Assembly: GCA_004431415.1 (NCBI GenBank)
Contig: QPMI01000022.1
Location: 62,001-126,000, forward strand
Source of the DNA: Cyanophora paradoxa CCMP329
Taxonomy: Eukaryota; Plantae; Glaucophyta
Direction: 5' to 3'
Length of the DNA: 64,000 nucleotides
The position numbers were made by a program, and so were the translations under genes. How positions within the stretch are numbered: the stretch's first letter is position 1; each line of letters opens with the position of its first letter. This document shows, piece after piece, positions 59,452-64,000 of this stretch. The notes below the pieces were generated by a model, which ran no database searches, had not been told where the DNA came from, and was given only the letters and a program-made list of their open reading frames with translations.

Positions 59452-62400
59452 TTAGGAGAGGGGGCGGAGCAGGCGGCGAGGGCGGCGCGCGCCGCGAGGG
59501 TGCGCGGGTGGTCCCCCGGGAATATGGCGGGAAAGCGGCCGTACTCCTGCACCCGCCAACGCCCGGCCGACCGCCGCGTCAGCTCGAGATAGGGCGGATA
59601 AAAATTTAAATTCAATCAAATTCACTTATGGAAACTTAGATTTAGAAATTATAGCTCAATTAACAGATCAGGCCGGACAGGGCGGGGCGGAGGCGGGTTC
59701 TGGCCAAGGGCACCTTTAGGGCCTCGCGGAGGGCCGAGGCGGCGCGGGGGGCGTCCCCCAGTCGCGCGTACTCCGTGCCCAGCGCGTAGAGGAAGTGCGC
59801 CAGGAGCGGCGTCTCCCCCCTGCGCCACAGAACGCCAGAAAGTTGAGCTTGATCAGTAAGAAATAAAGCTCGAGCTTAAGCTCAAGCTTAAGCAAGAAAC
59901 AACAGGATGTCGATAGTTAGAGATATCTTAAGGTTAAAGCTTGGATAGGACATGATAGAGAAACTCAAGCTCAAGCTCAAGCTCGCCTCCAGTCGAGGGT
60001 GCGCTGGAGGAGGCAGACGAGGCGGATGGCGGGGACGAGCAGGGCCGGCGCGAGGGGCGTCGCCCGGAAGGAGGAGCGGATGTCCAGCAGCGGGCTGGCG
60101 TGGAGGGGCCCCGGGCGGTCCTTCACGACGCGGAGCGTGCGGCGGTAGTGGGCGAGGAATTCGACGTAGCGTCCGGCGTGCAGCGCCGCCACTCCGCGGT
60201 TCGCCTAAGCTCAAGGCTTAAGCTGTAGAAGCGTAAGGCAGAAACCGCGGCGGCGGCACGCACGCAGCTGTAGAAGACGCAGTTGTCGTAGTCGGGGTCC
60301 TCCTGCCCGTCGGGGGTACATGAGTCGGAGCGCCTCCGAGAAACGTTCGGGCCGGGACTCGAACCGGGTTCATCTGGACGGCGACGGCGTGCTGCAGGTT
60401 GCCGTTCTCGCGCTCGATGGCGGGCCAGTCCCGCGTGTTGAGGGCGACCCGAACTGCGCGGGCCGAGCTTTAAGAGGCGCGGGAGAAGACCGCACGAGAA
60501 GGCCAGCGAATGGCGAGCCGAGCGCAGGCCAAGCTTGCTAGTGGGCCCGGGGCGGGCGGCGGGCGCACGGAGCATGACGACCGTCCCGAGCTTGACTCGG
60601 AAGTCGCTGGCGCTGAGAAGCCCGCCGGATTCGAACCTGCGCGCCCCGTCGGCCGGGCGGCCGTCGGCGCGCGCCCGGCGCCGGCGCGATTGCGAGCTCG
60701 AGCCGCAGCCGCAGCCAGCGCACCAGTAGCACAGCTTGGCCGTCTCGGCGGCCTTCTCGTTCTGGTTGCGCCGCGCGTGGCTGACTGCGATGCCGCGGAT
60801 CGCGATGCTCTCGGCCACGCACGGCGAGAGGCGCCGCCGCTTGACCAGCCCCCACCTGCGCCGCGCCGCGCCACGCCCGACAAAATGCTTAAGCTTCTCT
60901 GAAAGACGCTTCTAGGAAGCTTTGAGAAGCTCTGGAGCACTATCAGAACGTCCAGGGCGTTCGGCGGCCATGGGGTGCGCCTAATTGGAAGGGCGCGTGC
61001 GCACGCGGCGTAGAACGCCTTGCAGGCCTCCTCGTCCTGCGCCGGCCGGCGCCGTCAGCGCGGCCCAGGGACAGGGGGTGGAAGGGGGGGGGGGGGGGGG
61101 GGGGTACGGACCTCGAGGTTCTGGAGGAGGCGGTACCCGAGGAACGAGAGCGCCTGCGCATCGCCGATCCCTTAGGAAGACAGAAAGTGGGACCCGCGTG
61201 ACGGACGGACCTGGGCGTAGGGCCGGGGGCTCTCCTCGCCAAGGGGCTCCAGGAACGCGACGGCGAGGCGCGCGAGCTGCACGAGCTGCGGCACGGGCAC
61301 GAGCGCCATGTCGTGCGCCAGGCCCGTGAAGGGCGGGACCAGCGCGTCTGCCAGCCGCCAGCTCCGCTCACACGCCGCCACCAGCTTCTCCCTGCGCGCG
61401 CGCCGTTGGACCCGCGGCCGGCGCCGGCGCCGGCGCGAGGCGGGCCGTCTCGCACGGCGCGTCGCGGGAGAAGAATAGGATGCTGCGCGGGGGCACGCGC
61501 GCGCGCGTGTCGGCGGAGGCCGAGACGGAGATCGAAGCTGGGCGCGGGGCGCGGCGCACCCGTTGACAGCAGAGCCGACGAGGCTGCCGAGTAGGGCCCG
61601 CTCCGGTGCGACGGAGCGCGCCGCGGCCCGCAGCAGCAGCGCCCCCCGCCGCAGGTCACGCTGCCCCGACGGCGCCGACACGAACCGCGAGTCCAGCGCC
61701 GGCCCTGACGCTGCGCGCGCGGGGTCAGCGGCGCCGGCCAGGCACCGAAGGGGCGCACCGAAGGCGCGGAGAAAGGCGGCGGCGGTGTCGGGCGAGGGCG
61801 CCGCGGCGAGCGCCCGCAGCGCGGCGCCGGCGCGCTCCTCGAAGGCCGCCCGCGCCGCGCCGCTCTCGAAGACGAAGTCCGCCTCGCTCCGACCGTCGGC
61901 CAGAGCCGCGCAGGGCCGGGGCTTCGAGCGCCGCGGCCGGCGCCGGCGGCGGCTGAGGCGCGGCTTCGGCGTCGGCGCCGGCCTCGGCGGAGGCGGCCGC
62001 GTCGATGCGGCGGAGGAGCTCCTCGCTCGCCTCCAGCGCCGGCTCCGCCCGCCGCGCCCGCCGCGCCGGCCGCTCCTGCCCCCCGCCGGGCGCCTCGCCC
62101 TCCCGCGCGCCGACGACCAGCGCCTCCAGGCCCGAGACGACGGCGGGGTCCAGAAAGGCTGCGGGGAGAAAGGAGGGAAGGCAGCGTCAGCGAGGGCGAG
62201 GGCGAGGGCGAGGGCGCTGCCGGCGGGCCGCGCCGCGCACCGAGAAGGGGCGGACTCGCGTTGCGCTGAGCGACCGCGCGGGCGGCGCGCTCGAGCGGCG
62301 CGGCGGGGTCTTCATCGTGGTGAGGCGCCTGAGCGAACGCGGCGCTCACGCCGCAGAGCCATCGCTCCGAGAAGGAGGAGGGGCCTCGAGCGCCGTCGGG

Positions 62401-63288
62401 CTGCGTGGACGACTCGGCGCCCGGGCTCGAGCTCGCGCCCCCCTCGCTGGACGAGTCCAGCAGCGACGGCATCGAGGTGGGCGAGCTCGTCGACGGGCCG
62501 CGGTCGGACAGGGCCGCCCCGAGCGGGGACAGGCCTCCGGGGGACGGCGCCCCGGCGGGTCCGGAGGCTTTTAGGCGGAACACGAGGCGGGCACCCGCGA
62601 GCGGCGCGCCGTCCTCCGCCCGCCTAGCAGAGAGCTCCACTTCGTGCTGAGAACCCGAGAAGCTGCGCGCGCAAAGGCAGGCGGTCAGCAGGATTCGCTC
62701 GCGCGGGCGGGCGGGGGTTCGCGTTCGCGTTCGCGTTCAAGGCGGGGGGCGCAGATGACCTGAAGGGGCCGACGCTGCCGTCCTTGCCAGCTAAGAGGTA
62801 CAAAGCCCAGTCGGCAGACTGCCGCCGCGGTGCTCGATAAGCGGCCGGGCGCTCCGCGTACGTTTCGGCGCGGCGCGCGGGGCGTGTGCTACGGCGGCGT
62901 GCCGCGCACCTGCGCGGCAGTGCTGCTCGCACTCAACTTGCTCGCTGACAGCAAGATGCTTGTTCCAGCGAGTGCGGCCGCATCGGGGAAGCGCAGCCTG
63001 CGAAATTAGCCGGTCATGACCATCGATCGGTGGCGCAGCGCAACGCGCAGACCAGTGCAGTTGACCGGCCACTGTGTTAAAGAAAAGCGCGCTTGTTGCA
63101 GAAGCATCCTCAACCTCTGTGGAAGCGTCCACCTTCTCAAAGACGGGGCCGTCGGCAAGTCCACACGCCTCCGATCTGCCAGATTGATGCCGTTCGGGAA
63201 CGCCGGCGTAACGCAGTGGTCGAAACGCGCATACGCACGACGGCGGCCGCCCCTGCGCCCTTGGCGCCAGACGAAGCACGCTGATCAT
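59452..63288 (-). CDS. Uncharacterised multi-exon protein with C-terminal TPR-like helices
   Basis: ANRGVAALHAGRYVEFLAHYRRTL, LAHFLYALGTEYARLGDAPRAASALREALK and FPGDHPRTLAAR (TPR-like, kinesin-light-chain style). The 5' end is uncertain. Confidence 0.55.
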
Positions 63289-64000
63289 CGGTCATCGGAG
63301 AACGCGATGCGCGGCTGGTTCGCGGCAATTGCCCCCATGGCCAGTTCGCGAGCTGCGGCCAGACTCCTGCTGCTGATGTTGACGTCCTGCCCCAGTTCGG
63401 CAACTATAGCCAGTTCGGCAACTATACTGATGATAGCCAGCCAGACTCCTGCTGCTGATGCGCTCGTATGGGCCGATGGGCTGCAGCTTGCGTCACTTGC
63501 GGCGGCAATGCGGCCCTGAGGCCGGGTACAGTGGCGATCTCGAGAATTCGATCCACGCGTATATACGTACGTACGCGCACGCGAATCCGTATACGTACGC
63601 GTATACCAGTATATGTGCGCATGCAACGTCAACTGCCCGGCGGCGCCGGCCGGCGCCGACCATGCTGCAACTGCCGCAGTACTAGTGCGAACAGCTCATG
63701 AACTGCGCTGCAGTGCGATCTGTATACGTACACACAGCTGATGAATTCGAACTGCCATGAATCGATCATCGGATATCGGAATCGATTTGCGAGACGGAGC
63801 CAAGACGCGCGCGGGAGCCGCCCCCCAAGCAGATGATATCGTTCATATCGGAATCGATTTGCCAGCTGCAGAGATCGATCGACGAGGCCCCATGGCCATT
63901 TGCGTGGCCAGCCGCAGGGGGCACGCTGTCAGGCAAACTTGCCAACGTTGAAAGCTTAAGCCTTGAAGGTCAGAAGAGGAGGCCGCCGCCGAGGGCCCCC

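Overview
Very GC-rich eukaryotic DNA with many short introns, probably from a flagellated protist or alga (TPPP/p25-alpha gene, mostly 60-100 nt spliceosomal introns, many GC-AG). The style would fit a glaucophyte such as Cyanophora, but that is a weak inference. Most long ORFs in the supplied track are antisense or off-frame shadows, so genes were rebuilt by eye from exons. About 13 intron-containing genes are visible: a PWWP-PHD-RG-repeat gene with a coiled-coil/40-aa-repeat tail (minus, runs off the left edge); a myosin heavy chain with a long coiled-coil tail; a GT77-like glycosyltransferase; a CAP+LIM protein; a PPC-like protein; a PWWP-PHD paralogue ending in a pseudokinase; a large LamG/PKD/Cys-rich multi-TM protein; an FKBP; an AAA ATPase; a TPPP; and, in a lower-GC block at about 44.8-58.8 kb, two orphans and a WD40-coiled-coil-RING gene; then a TPR-containing gene. 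The lower-GC block also holds an inverted, intron-retaining 2.2-kb copy of the myosin tail. Main finding: the same coiled-coil cassette follows the duplicated PWWP-PHD module at the left edge and precedes the RING in the WD40 gene. With the myosin copy and shared boundary motifs, this suggests local gene-fragment capture that builds chimeric, probably E3-ligase, genes. Second finding: expanded introns repeatedly contain duplicated copies of their own splice junctions. No transposase, rRNA, tRNA or CRISPR array was recognised.
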